In this document: one piece after another, positions 1 to 13,463 of the stretch
Layout: every line of letters begins with the position of its first letter
How positions within the stretch are numbered: position 1 is the first letter of the stretch
Source of the DNA: Candidatus Oxydemutator sp.
GTDB lineage: Bacteria; Pseudomonadota; Gammaproteobacteria; Poriferisulfidales; Oxydemutatoraceae
Direction: 5' to 3'
Assembly (NCBI GenBank): GCA_965203445.1
Contig: OZ241883.1
Span: forward strand, 1,728,001-1,792,000
DNA: 64,000 nt
Made by a program: the position numbers and the translations under genes
The notes under the pieces: generated by a model
Seen by the model: only the letters and a program-made list of their open reading frames with translations
What the model was told of the DNA's origin: nothing
Database searches by the model: none

Positions 1-31
1 GTCGTGGGTTCGATCCCCATCGCTCACCCCA
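1..31 (+). tRNA. 3' part of tRNA-His (cut by window edge)
   Basis: GTCGTGGGTTCGATCCCCATCGCTCACCCCA: T-arm, acceptor strand, C discriminator and CCA, as in proteobacterial tRNA-His; anticodon lies outside the window. Confidence 0.7.
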
Positions 32-55
32 CCCACGTTGATACAGGGAGTACGG

Positions 56-751
56 ATGGCTTTGTCGACTGACTTTTTGCCGGGCGGCGGCGCGCCGACC
101 GGGGCCGGCGTCGTCGCGCGCGCGCGCGGGTTTTTCCACGTCTGGCGGCTGGCGCTGGCGGCCGCGATTTTTGCGGGAGCGGCGGCGGCCGCGCCGAACG
201 CGCCGCCGCCGGCGGACTACCAGGCGGCGAAAGGCATGGTCGAGGCGCTGGTGCTCGGGTTGATAGCCGAGGTGCGTACCAACCAGGAACTCTACACCGA
301 CGATGAAGAGTTGTTCGCGTTGATCCGCCGGCGGGTGCTGCCGATGGTGGATACCGCCGCGTTCAGCCGCCTGGCGCTGGGCCGGCATTGGAAAAGCGCC
401 GACGACGGGCAGCGCCGGGCGTTCGCGCGCGCCATGGAGTCGCAGATGGTCAGCAGCTACGGCAAGTCGTTGACGCTGTTGCTCGAGGTGGATCGCGTCC
501 GCTTCCGGCCGCTCGAAGGGCGCGCCGGCGGCAAGTACGAGGTGGTCAAGAGCAGCGTTTCCTTCAAGAGCAACCAGCCGCCGCTGCGCATAGACTACGC
601 CGTGCACAAGGTCGGCGACGGCTGGAGAATTTTCGATCTGGTGATCGACGGCCTGAGCCTGGTGAAGCAGTTTCGCCGGAGTTTCGACCGCGAGATCGAG
701 GAATACGGCTTGGCCGGGCTGATCGAGCGGCTCGGCGCGTCGTCGCGCTGA
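56..751 (+). CDS. mlaC: MlaC/Ttg2D family phospholipid-binding periplasmic protein
   Basis: Signal-like N-terminus; motifs 'SRLALGRHW' and 'WRIFDLVIDGLSLVKQFRRSF'; start uncertain (38 or 56). Confidence 0.8.
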   Translation: MALSTDFLPGGGAPTGAGVVARARGFFHVWRLALAAAIFAGAAAAAPNAPPPADYQAAKGMVEALVLGLIAEVRTNQELYTDDEELFALIRRRVLPMVDTAAFSRLALGRHWKSADDGQRRAFARAMESQMVSSYGKSLTLLLEVDRVRFRPLEGRAGGKYEVVKSSVSFKSNQPPLRIDYAVHKVGDGWRIFDLVIDGLSLVKQFRRSFDREIEEYGLAGLIERLGASSR

Positions 752-2035
<1,284 letters not shown>

Positions 2036-2052
2036 CGGGAAGGGAGGCGCGC

Positions 2053-2712
2053 GTGTCCGGTCGTTTCAGAATCGCGGTGGCGAAGGGGCGTGTGCTGCGC
2101 GACGCGCTGCCGCTGCTTAGGCGCGCCGGCCTGGCGCCCGCCGGCGATCCGTCGCAGGAACGCAAGTTGGTGCTGCCGTGCGCCGGCGGCGCCGACGCCG
2201 AGATCGTCGTCATCCGCGCCGCCGACGTGCCGACCTACGTGGACTACGGCGCCGCCGATTTCGGCGTCGTCGGCAAGGACCTGCTGATGGAACACGGCGG
2301 GCGCGGTTTTTACGAGCTGTGCGATCTGGGCATAGCCGCCTGCCGCATGGTCGTGGCCGGCGCCGCCGGCGGCGCCACGCTGCCGCGCCGCCCGCGCGTC
2401 GCCACCAAGTACGTCGCCACGACGCGCCGCTACTTCGCGCGCGGCGGGCGCCAGGCCGACGTCGTCAAGCTCTACGGCTCGATGGAACTGGCGCCGGTGC
2501 TCGGCCTGTCCGACTTGATCGTCGACCTGGTGGACACCGGCGAGACGCTTGCGAGCAACGGCCTGGTCGAGGTCGAGGAAATCGCGTCGGTCAGCGGACG
2601 CTTGATTGCGAACAAGGCTTCGATGAGAATAAAGGGCGCGGCGATGCGGGAGATGGCCGCGCGTTTCGCGGCGGCGCGCGCAACCGCCGCCGACGCGCGA
2701 ACAGTGCGATGA
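2053..2712 (+). CDS. hisG: ATP phosphoribosyltransferase, short form
   Basis: 'IAVAKGR', 'DVPTYV', 'VATKY', 'LYGSMELAP', 'DLVDTGETL'; GTG start behind GGGAGG. Confidence 0.95.
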   Translation: MSGRFRIAVAKGRVLRDALPLLRRAGLAPAGDPSQERKLVLPCAGGADAEIVVIRAADVPTYVDYGAADFGVVGKDLLMEHGGRGFYELCDLGIAACRMVVAGAAGGATLPRRPRVATKYVATTRRYFARGGRQADVVKLYGSMELAPVLGLSDLIVDLVDTGETLASNGLVEVEEIASVSGRLIANKASMRIKGAAMREMAARFAAARATAADARTVR

Positions 2713-3773
2713 AGTACCAGACCGACGATCTCAAAATCCGCGAAATCAAGGAGCTGATCGCGCCCGAGGAGCTGATCGCCCGATTGCCCGCGAGCGACGC
2801 GGTTTGCGAATGCGTCTATCGTTCGCGCGAGGCGGTGCAGGGCATCCTGCACGGGCGCGATTCGCGCCTGGTCGTCGTCGTCGGGCCGTGCTCGGTGCAC
2901 AACGTGGACGCGGCGCTCGAATACGCGCAGCGGCTGCGCCCGCGCGTCGCCGAGTTCTCCGGCGCGCTGCACGTCATCATGCGCGTTTATTTCGAGAAGC
3001 CGCGCACCACCGTCGGTTGGAAGGGGCTGATCAACGATCCCGATCTCGACGACAGCTTCCACATCAACAAAGGCTTGCGGACGGCGCGCAAACTGCTGCT
3101 CGACCTGAACGGCCACGGCGTGTCGGCGGCGACCGAATACCTCGACCTGATCAGCCCGCAGTACGTCTCCGATCTGATCAGCTGGGGCGCAATCGGCGCG
3201 CGCACGACCGAGAGCCAGTCGCACCGCGAGCTGGCCTCCGGTCTGTCGTGCCCGGTCGGTTTCAAGAACGGTACCGACGGCAACATCCAGATCGCGGTCG
3301 ACGCGCTGCGCTCGGCGTCGCGCCCGCACCACTTTCTGTCGGTCACGAAGCACGGGCGCTCGGCGATCTTCTCGACCGCGGGCAACCGCGACTGCCACGT
3401 CATCCTGCGCGGCGGCAGGCACACCAACTACGACGCCGGCAGCGTCGACGCGGTGGCCGAAAAACTCGCCGACGCCGGGCAGCTGCCGAAGATGATGATA
3501 GATTTCAGCCACGCCAACAGCCTCAAGCAGCACCGGCGCCAGTTGCTCGTCGGCAAGGCCGTCGCCGACCAACTGCGCGCCGGCGAGGAGCGCATCATGG
3601 GCGTGATGATCGAGAGCAATCTGGTGGCCGGGCGCCAGGATCTTAAGCTTGGTGAGCAGCTGGTGTACGGGCAGAGCATCACCGACGCGTGCCTGGGCTG
3701 GGACGATACCGTCGGTCTGCTCGAACAGCTGGCGGAAGGGGTCGAGGCCGGGCGCGCCGCGCGGGGCGCCTGA
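2709..3773 (+). CDS. aroG: Class I DAHP synthase (AroF/G/H type)
   Basis: 'GPCSVH', 'MRVYFEKPRTTVGWKG', 'IGARTTESQ', 'GFKNGTDG', 'YGQSITDAC'; ATGA overlap with hisG; isoenzyme type not certain. Confidence 0.93.
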   Translation: MKYQTDDLKIREIKELIAPEELIARLPASDAVCECVYRSREAVQGILHGRDSRLVVVVGPCSVHNVDAALEYAQRLRPRVAEFSGALHVIMRVYFEKPRTTVGWKGLINDPDLDDSFHINKGLRTARKLLLDLNGHGVSAATEYLDLISPQYVSDLISWGAIGARTTESQSHRELASGLSCPVGFKNGTDGNIQIAVDALRSASRPHHFLSVTKHGRSAIFSTAGNRDCHVILRGGRHTNYDAGSVDAVAEKLADAGQLPKMMIDFSHANSLKQHRRQLLVGKAVADQLRAGEERIMGVMIESNLVAGRQDLKLGEQLVYGQSITDACLGWDDTVGLLEQLAEGVEAGRAARGA

Positions 3774-5101
3774 TGTTGCCGCTGGCGATAACCCGGCTCG
3801 ATAGCCGCGATCCCGCTTTCGACGCCGGCCTCGAGGCTTACGCGCGGCGCCGCGCCCGGGCCGCGGCCGGCGTCGAGACGCGCGTGCGCGAGATTATCGG
3901 GCAGGTGCGCGAACGCGGCGACGCCGCGCTGCTCGAATACGCCGCGCGCTACGACGGCTTCGAGGCGGATGACGCCGCCGAACTGAGGCTGGCCGCGCGC
4001 CGCGTGCGCGCCGCGGCGGCGCGCGTGCCCGCGGAACTCGTGGACGCGCTGGAACACGCGGCGTCTCGCATCCGCGGCTACGCCGAGCGCCAGAAGCTCG
4101 AGGCCTGGTGCTACGAGGACGACGACGGCGCGCGACTGGGGGAGATGGTGACGCCGCTTGCGTCGGTCGGCGTCTATGCGCCGGGCGGCAGTGCCGCGTA
4201 CCCGTCTTCGGTGCTGATGAACGCGATCCCGGCGCGGGTCGCGGGCGTTGCGCGCGTCGTGATGGCGACGCCGGCGCCCGGCGGCGACGTCAACGCCGCG
4301 GTCATGAAGGCCGCCGAGATCGCCGGCGTGTCCGAGATCTACACGGTAGGCGGCGCGCACGCGATCGCGGCCTTGGCGTGGGGCACGCGCACCATCGCGC
4401 CGGTGTCCAAGATCACCGGGCCGGGCAACGTCTGGGTGGCCGAGGCCAAGCGCCAGGTGTTCGGGCGCGTCGGCATAGACTCGATAGCCGGGCCGTCGGA
4501 AATCCTGATCATCTGCGACGGGCGCACGCCGCCCGAATGGATCGCGTGCGACCTGTTCGCGCAGGCCGAGCACGACGAGCAGGCGCGCGCGGCGCTGCTG
4601 TGCCCGGACGCGGAATATATAGAGGAAGTGGCGCGGCGCATGGACGACCTGATCGGCGGCATGGCGCGCGCCGACGTCATCCGCGCGGCGTTGGCGGAAC
4701 ACGGCCTGTTGCTCCGGGTCGGGAGCCTCGACGAGGCGGTGGATCTGGCCAACCGCATCGCGCCCGAGCATCTCGAGCTGTCGGTGGAGGATCCCGAGGC
4801 GCTGCTCGGCGGCGTGCGCAACGCCGGCGCGGTGTTCCTCGGACGCCACACGTCCGAGGTGCTCGGCGATTACTGCGCCGGCCCGAACCACGTGTTGCCG
4901 ACCGGCGGCGGCGCGCGTTTTTTCTCGCCGCTGGGCACGCACGACTTTCAGAAACGCACGAGCCTCGTGCGCTGCACGCCGCGCGCCGCGGTGCGCCTGG
5001 GACACACCGCGCGGCGCCTGGCCGAGGCCGAGGGTCTCGAGGCGCACGCGGCGTCGGCGCGCTGCCGCATCGCCGCGGGCGCCGCGGATACGTCCGGCTG
5101 A
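3773..5101 (+). CDS. hisD: Histidinol dehydrogenase
   Basis: 'PGGSAAYPSSVLM', 'IAGPSEI', 'QAEHD', 'APEHLEL', 'GPNHVLPT'. Confidence 0.97.
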   Translation: MLPLAITRLDSRDPAFDAGLEAYARRRARAAAGVETRVREIIGQVRERGDAALLEYAARYDGFEADDAAELRLAARRVRAAAARVPAELVDALEHAASRIRGYAERQKLEAWCYEDDDGARLGEMVTPLASVGVYAPGGSAAYPSSVLMNAIPARVAGVARVVMATPAPGGDVNAAVMKAAEIAGVSEIYTVGGAHAIAALAWGTRTIAPVSKITGPGNVWVAEAKRQVFGRVGIDSIAGPSEILIICDGRTPPEWIACDLFAQAEHDEQARAALLCPDAEYIEEVARRMDDLIGGMARADVIRAALAEHGLLLRVGSLDEAVDLANRIAPEHLELSVEDPEALLGGVRNAGAVFLGRHTSEVLGDYCAGPNHVLPTGGGARFFSPLGTHDFQKRTSLVRCTPRAAVRLGHTARRLAEAEGLEAHAASARCRIAAGAADTSG

Positions 5102-6177
5102 TGGCGCTCGACTGGATCCGCGCCGACGTGCGCGCCGCCTCGGCGTATGCGGCGCCGTCGTTCACCGGCGCCGTCAAACTCGACGCGATGGAAAGCCCGT
5201 ACGCTCTCGACGACGGCCTGAAGGAACGCTGGCTCAAGGCGCTGGCGGACTGCGACGTCAACCGCTACCCGTCGGGCCAGGCCGCGTTGAAGCGGCGCTT
5301 GGCGGAGCTTACGGGACTGCCGCAAAACTGCGATCTGCTGTTCGGCAACGGTTCCGACGAGTTGCTGCAAATCGTCGCGCTGGCCGCGCGCGGCGAGCGC
5401 CTGTTGTCGCCGTCGCCGGGCTTTTCGATGTACCCGATCATCGCCCGCAACTGCGGTCTCGCGTTCGCCGAGACGGCGCTGTCGCCGCCGGACTTTGCGC
5501 TGCCGCGCGCGGCGATGCTGGCCGCGATTGCGCGCCTGCGTCCGGCGCTGGTGTGGCTCGCCTATCCGAACAACCCGACCGGCAACCTGTGGCGGCGCGA
5601 TACGATAGACGCCGTGATCGAGGCGGCGCCCGGCATCGTGCTGATGGACGAGGCCTACGCGGCGTTCGCGTCGGACTCGTACTGGCCGTCGCTGGGGCGC
5701 CGTGACAATCTGCTGGTGTTGCGCACGTTCTCGAAGATCGGCTTGGCCGGACTGCGCTTCGGCATGTTGGCCGGGCGCGCCGACGTCATCGCCGAGCTGG
5801 ACAAGCTGCGCCTGCCGTACAACGTGAACGCGCTGACCGAGGCGAGCGTCGCTTTTTTTCTGTCGCACATGGAGCATTTCGAGCGCCGCGCCGGCGTCAT
5901 CCGCGCCGAGCGCGAGCGCTTGCGCGAGCGCCTGCGGCGTATTCCCGGCGTCGCCGCGTATCCGAGCGAGGCCAACTTCGTGCTCGTCGGATGCGCGCGA
6001 GCGCGCGCGAGCGCGGACGAGATTTTCCGCGCCCTGCGCGCGCGCGGCATCCTGGTCAGGAATTTTCCCGGCGACGCCGTGCTCGGCGACTGCCTGCGGG
6101 TTACGGTCGGCGCGCCCGCCGAGAACGACGCCTTTGTCGCCGCGTTCGCCGAGCTGGCCGCGGGGGGCCGCGCGTGA
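5101..6177 (+). CDS. hisC: Histidinol-phosphate aminotransferase
   Basis: 'GNGSDE', 'PNNPTG', 'DEAY', 'RTFSKIGLAGLRFG'. Confidence 0.95.
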   Translation: MALDWIRADVRAASAYAAPSFTGAVKLDAMESPYALDDGLKERWLKALADCDVNRYPSGQAALKRRLAELTGLPQNCDLLFGNGSDELLQIVALAARGERLLSPSPGFSMYPIIARNCGLAFAETALSPPDFALPRAAMLAAIARLRPALVWLAYPNNPTGNLWRRDTIDAVIEAAPGIVLMDEAYAAFASDSYWPSLGRRDNLLVLRTFSKIGLAGLRFGMLAGRADVIAELDKLRLPYNVNALTEASVAFFLSHMEHFERRAGVIRAERERLRERLRRIPGVAAYPSEANFVLVGCARARASADEIFRALRARGILVRNFPGDAVLGDCLRVTVGAPAENDAFVAAFAELAAGGRA

Positions 6178-6935
6178 CGACGCTGGCCGAGATCGCGGCC
6201 TTTGCCGACCGCCTGCTGGAAGTGCGCCGCTTCGAGGATTACTGTCCGAACGGCGTGCACGTCGAGGGCCTGCGCCCGGTGCGTCGCGTGCTCTCGGGGG
6301 TGACCGCGTGCCTCGCGCTGATCGAGGAGGCCGTCGCGCGCGACGCCGACGCGCTGCTGGTGCATCACGGCTATTTCTGGCGCAACGAGGCGCCGGCGTT
6401 GACCGGCATGAAGGCGCGCCGCCTGCGCCGTCTGCTCGAGAGCGGCATCGGTGTGCTCGCCTACCATCTGCCGCTCGACGCCCACCCCGAGATCGGCAAC
6501 AACGCGCAGCTGGCGAAACGCCTGGGGTTGCGCGCGACCGGCGCGCTCGACGACGACCGACGCGCGCCGATTGCAATGCGCGGCGAACTGGAATCGCCGT
6601 GCGCCGCCGACGAGTTCGGGCGGCGCATCGCGCGCGCCCTGGCGCGCGAGCCGCTGTGGGTGGACGGCGGCGGCACCGGCGACGTGCGCACCGTCGGCTG
6701 GTGCACCGGCGCCGCCCAGGACTACCTCGAGTACGCGGTGCGCCACGGCCTCGACGCGTTCATCAGCGGCGAGGTCTCCGAGCGCACGACGCACGTCGCG
6801 CGCGAGGAAGGCGTGCACTACTACGCCGCCGGCCACCACGCGACCGAGCGCTACGGCGTCCAGGCGTTGGGCGAACGCATAGCGCGCGAGTTCGCACTCG
6901 AGCACGTCTTCGTCGACGTCGACAACCCCGTCTGA
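6174..6935 (+). CDS. Nif3-like dinuclear metal centre protein (YbgI family)
   Basis: 'DYCPNG', 'LLVHHG', 'YHLPLDAHPEIGNN', 'AGHHATERYG'. Confidence 0.92.
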   Translation: MTTLAEIAAFADRLLEVRRFEDYCPNGVHVEGLRPVRRVLSGVTACLALIEEAVARDADALLVHHGYFWRNEAPALTGMKARRLRRLLESGIGVLAYHLPLDAHPEIGNNAQLAKRLGLRATGALDDDRRAPIAMRGELESPCAADEFGRRIARALAREPLWVDGGGTGDVRTVGWCTGAAQDYLEYAVRHGLDAFISGEVSERTTHVAREEGVHYYAAGHHATERYGVQALGERIAREFALEHVFVDVDNPV

Positions 6936-7026
6936 AGCGTGAACCCCCGGTAGCCGAACCGCCGTTCCCCTCCCGGTCCCAGAGACATCGCCGGTATAGC
7001 CTATCCCTAGCCGTACGGAGCGACTG

Positions 7027-9063
<2,037 letters not shown>

Positions 9064-9088
9064 TCGGGACCTTTATCAGGGTCTTTTG

Positions 9089-9097
9089 TGCTATCCT
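9089..9097 (+). promoter_or_regulatory. Putative extended -10 promoter for tRNA-Val/thrS
   Basis: TGcTATCCT followed by a GC-rich discriminator, 12 nt before the tRNA. Confidence 0.4.
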
Positions 9098-9109
9098 TCG
9101 CGCCGATGA

Positions 9110-9186
9110 AGGCGCGTAGCTCAGTTGGTTAGAGCATCACCTTGACATGGTGGGGGTCGTTGGTTCGAATCCAATCGCGCCTACCA
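9110..9186 (+). tRNA. tRNA-Val(GAC)
   Basis: AGGCGCG/CGCGCCT acceptor stem, anticodon loop TTGACAT, GGTTCGAATCC, encoded CCA. Confidence 0.95.
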
Positions 9187-9217
9187 CCGTTTCCGTCACG
9201 CGCCCGCGACGCCCCGT

Positions 9218-11125
9218 ATGCCAGAGATCACGCTCCCCGACGGCACCCGCAAGGTCTTCGACGGCCCGGTCACGGTCATGCGCGTGGCCGAGGACATAGG
9301 CCCGGGTCTGGCCAAGGCGGCGCTCGCCGGCGAGGTGGCCGGGCGCCTGGTGGACGCCTGCGTCGAGATAGAGCGCGACGCGCCGTTGCGGGTCATCACG
9401 GCGAGGGACGACGAGGGTCTCGAGATCGTGCGCCACTCGTTCGCGCACCTGTTGGGGCACGCGCTCAAGCAGCTGTATCCCGAGGCGCGCATGGCCATCG
9501 GCCCGGTCATCGAAAACGGCTTTTATTACGACGTCGCCTACCGGCGTCCGTTCACCGACGACGACCTGCGGGCTATCGAGCGGCGCATGCGCGAACTGAT
9601 CGAGCAGGACTACGACGTCGTGCGCGAGGTCGTGTCGCGCGAGCAGGCGGTTGCGACTTTCGAGGAGCGCGGCGAGCCGTACAAGGTGCAGCTCGCGCGC
9701 GAGATACCCGACGGCGAGATCATCGCGCTCTACCGCCACCAGGAATACGTGGACATGTGCCGCGGCCCGCACGTGCCGAACACCCGCCACCTGCGCGCGT
9801 TTCGCTTGACCGGGGTCGCCGGCGCCTACTGGCGTGGCGACAGCGGCAACGAGACCTTGCAGCGCATCTACGGCACCGCGTGGGCCGACGACAAGCAACT
9901 GAAGGCCCACTTGAAGCGCCTCGAAGAGGCCGAGAAGCGCGACCACCGCCGCCTCGGCGCGCAGATGGATCTGTTCCACTTCCAGCCCGAGGCCCCGGGC
10001 ATGGTTTTCTGGCACGAGAACGGCTGGACGCTCTACCGCGTGGTCGAGGGCTACATGCGCGCGGCGCTCGCCGGCGCCGGCTACCACGAGGTGCACACGC
10101 CGCAGATGCTCGACCGTACGCTGTGGGAGCGTTCCGGTCACTGGGACAAGTTCGGCGACATGATCTTCTCGACCGAATCGGAGAAGCGCGACTACGCGGT
10201 CAAGCCGATGAACTGTCCGGCGCACGTGCAGATCTACAACCAGGGACTGAAGAGCTACCGCGACCTGCCGTACCGCCTGGCCGAGTTCGGCGTCGTCCAC
10301 CGCAACGAACCGTCGGGCACGCTGCACGGGCTGATGCGGGCGCGCCGCTTCACCCAGGACGACGCGCATATTTTCTGCGACGAGCGGCAGTTGCAGGCCG
10401 AGATCGCAACGCTGATCGAGATGATGTTCCGCGTCTATCGGGATTTCGGCTTCGACGACGTGCTGGTGGCGCTGTCCACGCGCCCGCCGCGACGCGTCGG
10501 CGACGACGCGCTGTGGGACAAGGCCGAGCAGGCGCTCGCCGAGGCGCTGGCCGCGCGCGCACTCGAGTACCGCGTGGACGCGGGCGAAGGCGCGTTCTAC
10601 GGCCCGAAAATTGACTTCACGCTGAAGGACAGCCTCGAGCGCAAGTGGCAGTGCGGCACGATCCAGATAGACTTCTCGATGCCGGAGCGGCTCGGCGCCG
10701 AATACGTCGCCGCCGGCGGTGCGCGCAAGACGCCGGTGATGATCCACCGCGCCATCCTGGGTTCGCTCGAGCGCTTCATCGGCATCCTGATAGAGAACTA
10801 CGGCGGACGCCTGCCGCTGTGGTTGGCGCCGGTGCAGGCCGTGGTCATGAACATCACCGACGCCCAGCGTGATTACGCGGCCGCGGTCGCCGCCGATCTG
10901 GGCGCGCGCGGCTTCCGCGTCCGGGCCGACTTGAGAAATGAGAAGATAAACTATAAAATCCGCGAACACACGCTCGCGCGTGTCCCCTACATGCTGATAG
11001 CAGGCGATGCCGAACGCAACGCCGACACCATTGCGGTGCGCCTGCTGGACGGCAAGGACCTGGGCGCGATGCCGGTCGCCGACGTGGTGGCCGGGTGGAG
11101 CGAGCGCTTGGAAACAAAGACCTGA
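9218..11125 (+). CDS. thrS: Threonine--tRNA ligase
   Basis: TGS start 'ITLPDG', 'DMCRGPH', 'KPMNCP', 'FTQDDAHIF', '[11 protein letters not shown]'. Confidence 0.98.
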   Translation: MPEITLPDGTRKVFDGPVTVMRVAEDIGPGLAKAALAGEVAGRLVDACVEIERDAPLRVITARDDEGLEIVRHSFAHLLGHALKQLYPEARMAIGPVIENGFYYDVAYRRPFTDDDLRAIERRMRELIEQDYDVVREVVSREQAVATFEERGEPYKVQLAREIPDGEIIALYRHQEYVDMCRGPHVPNTRHLRAFRLTGVAGAYWRGDSGNETLQRIYGTAWADDKQLKAHLKRLEEAEKRDHRRLGAQMDLFHFQPEAPGMVFWHENGWTLYRVVEGYMRAALAGAGYHEVHTPQMLDRTLWERSGHWDKFGDMIFSTESEKRDYAVKPMNCPAHVQIYNQGLKSYRDLPYRLAEFGVVHRNEPSGTLHGLMRARRFTQDDAHIFCDERQLQAEIATLIEMMFRVYRDFGFDDVLVALSTRPPRRVGDDALWDKAEQALAEALAARALEYRVDAGEGAFYGPKIDFTLKDSLERKWQCGTIQIDFSMPERLGAEYVAAGGARKTPVMIHRAILGSLERFIGILIENYGGRLPLWLAPVQAVVMNITDAQRDYAAAVAADLGARGFRVRADLRNEKINYKIREHTLARVPYMLIAGDAERNADTIAVRLLDGKDLGAMPVADVVAGWSERLETKT

Positions 11126-11154
11126 ACCGCAACCATAAAGCGGGAGGAGACGGC

Positions 11155-11706
11155 ATCAAATTAGTAAAAAGAAACCGTTTGAACGACGAGATTGACGACC
11201 TGAACGTGCGCCTGATAGACGTCGAGGGCGTCAACATGGGCGTCATGAGCGCCAGCGACGCGCGCAAGTTCGCGCTGGAGCGCGAACTCGATCTGGTGGA
11301 GCTGGTGCCGAACGCGACGCCGCCGGTGTGCCGGGTCATGGACTACGGCAAGTTCCGCTTCGAGCAGCGCAAGAAGGCGCAGCAGGCGCGCAAAAAGCAG
11401 AAGCGCACGCAGGTCAAGGAGGTCAAGTTCAGGCCCGGCACCGACACCATGGACTACGAGACCAAGTTGCGCAACCTGGTGCGTTTTCTCCGGGACGGGG
11501 ACAAGACCAAGGTCGTTCTGCGGTTCAGAGGCCGCGAGATGATGCACCGGGAATTGGGAATGCAAATGTTGCACAGGGTTCGCGCCGACTTGGCGGAGCA
11601 CGCCGTCGTCGAGCAGCAACCGAAAAACGAGGGGCGCCAGATCGTGATGGTGATGGCGCCGAAAAGACAGGTGGCGGCGAAGCCCGGGCTTGCCGCGTCG
11701 GAGTGA
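11155..11706 (+). CDS. infC: Translation initiation factor IF-3 (probable ATC start)
   Basis: '[12 protein letters not shown]', 'KEVKFRP', 'FRGRE'; GGAGG at 11143-11147 precedes an in-frame ATC. Confidence 0.95.
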   Translation: MKLVKRNRLNDEIDDLNVRLIDVEGVNMGVMSASDARKFALERELDLVELVPNATPPVCRVMDYGKFRFEQRKKAQQARKKQKRTQVKEVKFRPGTDTMDYETKLRNLVRFLRDGDKTKVVLRFRGREMMHRELGMQMLHRVRADLAEHAVVEQQPKNEGRQIVMVMAPKRQVAAKPGLAASE

Positions 11707-11710
11707 CGAT

Positions 11711-11908
11711 ATGCCCAAACAAAAGACCAACCGCGGCGCCGCCAAGCGCTTCAGGAAGACCGCAAGCGGCGCCTATCGCAAGAAGCAGTCGCACGCGCGC
11801 CACATCCTGACGAAGAAGACGCCGAAGCGCAAGCGCGGCCTGCGCGCGCCGGATCTGGTGCACGCCAACGACGTGGCCGCGGTGCGCAAACTGCTGCCGT
11901 ATACCTGA
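11711..11908 (+). CDS. rpmI: 50S ribosomal protein L35
   Basis: '[14 protein letters not shown]', 'HILTKK'; synteny. Confidence 0.97.
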   Translation: MPKQKTNRGAAKRFRKTASGAYRKKQSHARHILTKKTPKRKRGLRAPDLVHANDVAAVRKLLPYT

Positions 11909-11945
11909 ACCTGCGCCTGAACCGACAGCTGCACCGAAGGACGCC

Positions 11946-12308
11946 ATGCCGCGAGCGAAAAACAGCGTCGCCACGCACGCGCGACGCAAGAAGATCCTGA
12001 AGCGGGCGAAAGGCTACCGCGGCGCGCGCAGCAGAGCGTTCCGCGTCGCCAGGCAGGCGGTAATCCGCGCCGGCGAGTACGCCTACCGCGACCGCCGCCG
12101 GCGCAAGCGCGCGTTCCGCAGCCTGTGGATCGTGCGCATCAACGCCGCGGCGCGCGCCTTCGGTCTGTCGTACAGCCGCATGATCGAGGGCCTGGCCAAG
12201 GCCGACGTAGAACTCGACCGCAAAATCCTGGCCGAACTGGCGGTGCACGATCCCGACGCCTTCGGCAAGATCGCCGAGAAAGCCAAGGCCGCGCTGACCG
12301 CCGGCTGA
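11946..12308 (+). CDS. rplT: 50S ribosomal protein L20
   Basis: '[10 protein letters not shown]', 'YAYRDRR', 'LWIVRINAA', 'DRKILAELA'. Confidence 0.98.
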   Translation: MPRAKNSVATHARRKKILKRAKGYRGARSRAFRVARQAVIRAGEYAYRDRRRRKRAFRSLWIVRINAAARAFGLSYSRMIEGLAKADVELDRKILAELAVHDPDAFGKIAEKAKAALTAG

Positions 12309-12424
12309 TCCGGCCTGCGTCCGGTCGGGTCGCGGTGTCCTCGGGGCTTGCTCTCGTAGCCTGGATTGACGTGTCCTAGGCCGGGGTTTTCGACCTTCCA
12401 CGAGTTGCGACCACGGGCGGCGCC

Positions 12425-13453
12425 ATGCAGGACCTCGCCACCATCGTTGCCGGCGCGCGCACGCGCGTCGAGGCCGCGCAAACGGCCGCCGAACTCGACA
12501 AGATCCGCGTCGAATACCTCGGCAGGAAGGGCGTCGTCACGCTGCGCCTGAAACGGCTCAACTCGCTTCCCCCGCGGGAGCGCCCCGCCGCCGGCAAGGC
12601 CTTGAACGACGCCAAGCGCGAGATTCTGGCCGCGGTCGAACGCCGCCGCGCGGCGCTCGCCGATGACGCCGTAAGGCGGCGCCTCGAGAGCGAGAAATTA
12701 GACGTGACACTGCCCGGTCGCGGCCGCGGCGGCGGTGCGCTGCACCCGATCACGCGTACGCTGCGCCACGTCGAGCAGCTGTTCGCGCGCGCCGGTTTCG
12801 ACGTCGAGGAAGGTCCCGACGTCGAGGACGATTTCCACAACTTCGAGGCGCTGAACGTGCCGCCGCTGCACCCGGCGCGCGCGATGCACGACACCTTTTA
12901 CATTGCCGGCGACGCCGAACGCGGCGCCGAGGGCGGGGGCTACCTGCTGCGCACGCACACCTCGCCGGTGCAGATCAGGGTCATGCGGCGCACGCCGCCG
13001 CCGCTGCGGATGATCGCGCCGGGGCGCGTCTATCGCTGCGATCTCGACGTCACGCACAGCCCGATGTTTCACCAGGTCGAGGGGCTGGCCGTGGACGAGC
13101 ACCTGTCGTTTGCCGACTTGAAGGGCGTCGTCGCCGGTTTTCTACGCGCCTTCTTCGACGAGGACGATCTGCCGATTCGCTTTCGGCCCTCGTATTTCCC
13201 CTTCACCGAGCCTTCGGCCGAGGTGGACATCCACTGGCGCCACGGCGGCGACCGCCACGCGTGGCTTGAGATCATGGGTTGCGGCATGGTGCATCCGAAC
13301 GTGTTGCGCGCAGTCGGCTGCGACGCCGGGCGCTACACCGGCTACGCCTTCGGTCTCGGCGTCGAGCGTCTGGCGATGCTGCGCTACGGCATAGACGACC
13401 TGCGCGTGTTGTTCGACAACGACCTGCGCTTTTGCGAGCAGTTTGCGGACTGA
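12425..13453 (+). CDS. pheS: Phenylalanine--tRNA ligase alpha subunit
   Basis: '[10 protein letters not shown]', 'LRTHTSPVQ', 'FPFTEPS', 'FGLGVERL'. Confidence 0.98.
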   Translation: MQDLATIVAGARTRVEAAQTAAELDKIRVEYLGRKGVVTLRLKRLNSLPPRERPAAGKALNDAKREILAAVERRRAALADDAVRRRLESEKLDVTLPGRGRGGGALHPITRTLRHVEQLFARAGFDVEEGPDVEDDFHNFEALNVPPLHPARAMHDTFYIAGDAERGAEGGGYLLRTHTSPVQIRVMRRTPPPLRMIAPGRVYRCDLDVTHSPMFHQVEGLAVDEHLSFADLKGVVAGFLRAFFDEDDLPIRFRPSYFPFTEPSAEVDIHWRHGGDRHAWLEIMGCGMVHPNVLRAVGCDAGRYTGYAFGLGVERLAMLRYGIDDLRVLFDNDLRFCEQFAD

Positions 13454-13463
13454 CGGGGCCGGC

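Noticed and set aside
12309-12424. pheM-type attenuator upstream of pheS
   Set aside because: No Phe-rich leader peptide or terminator with a U-tract seen
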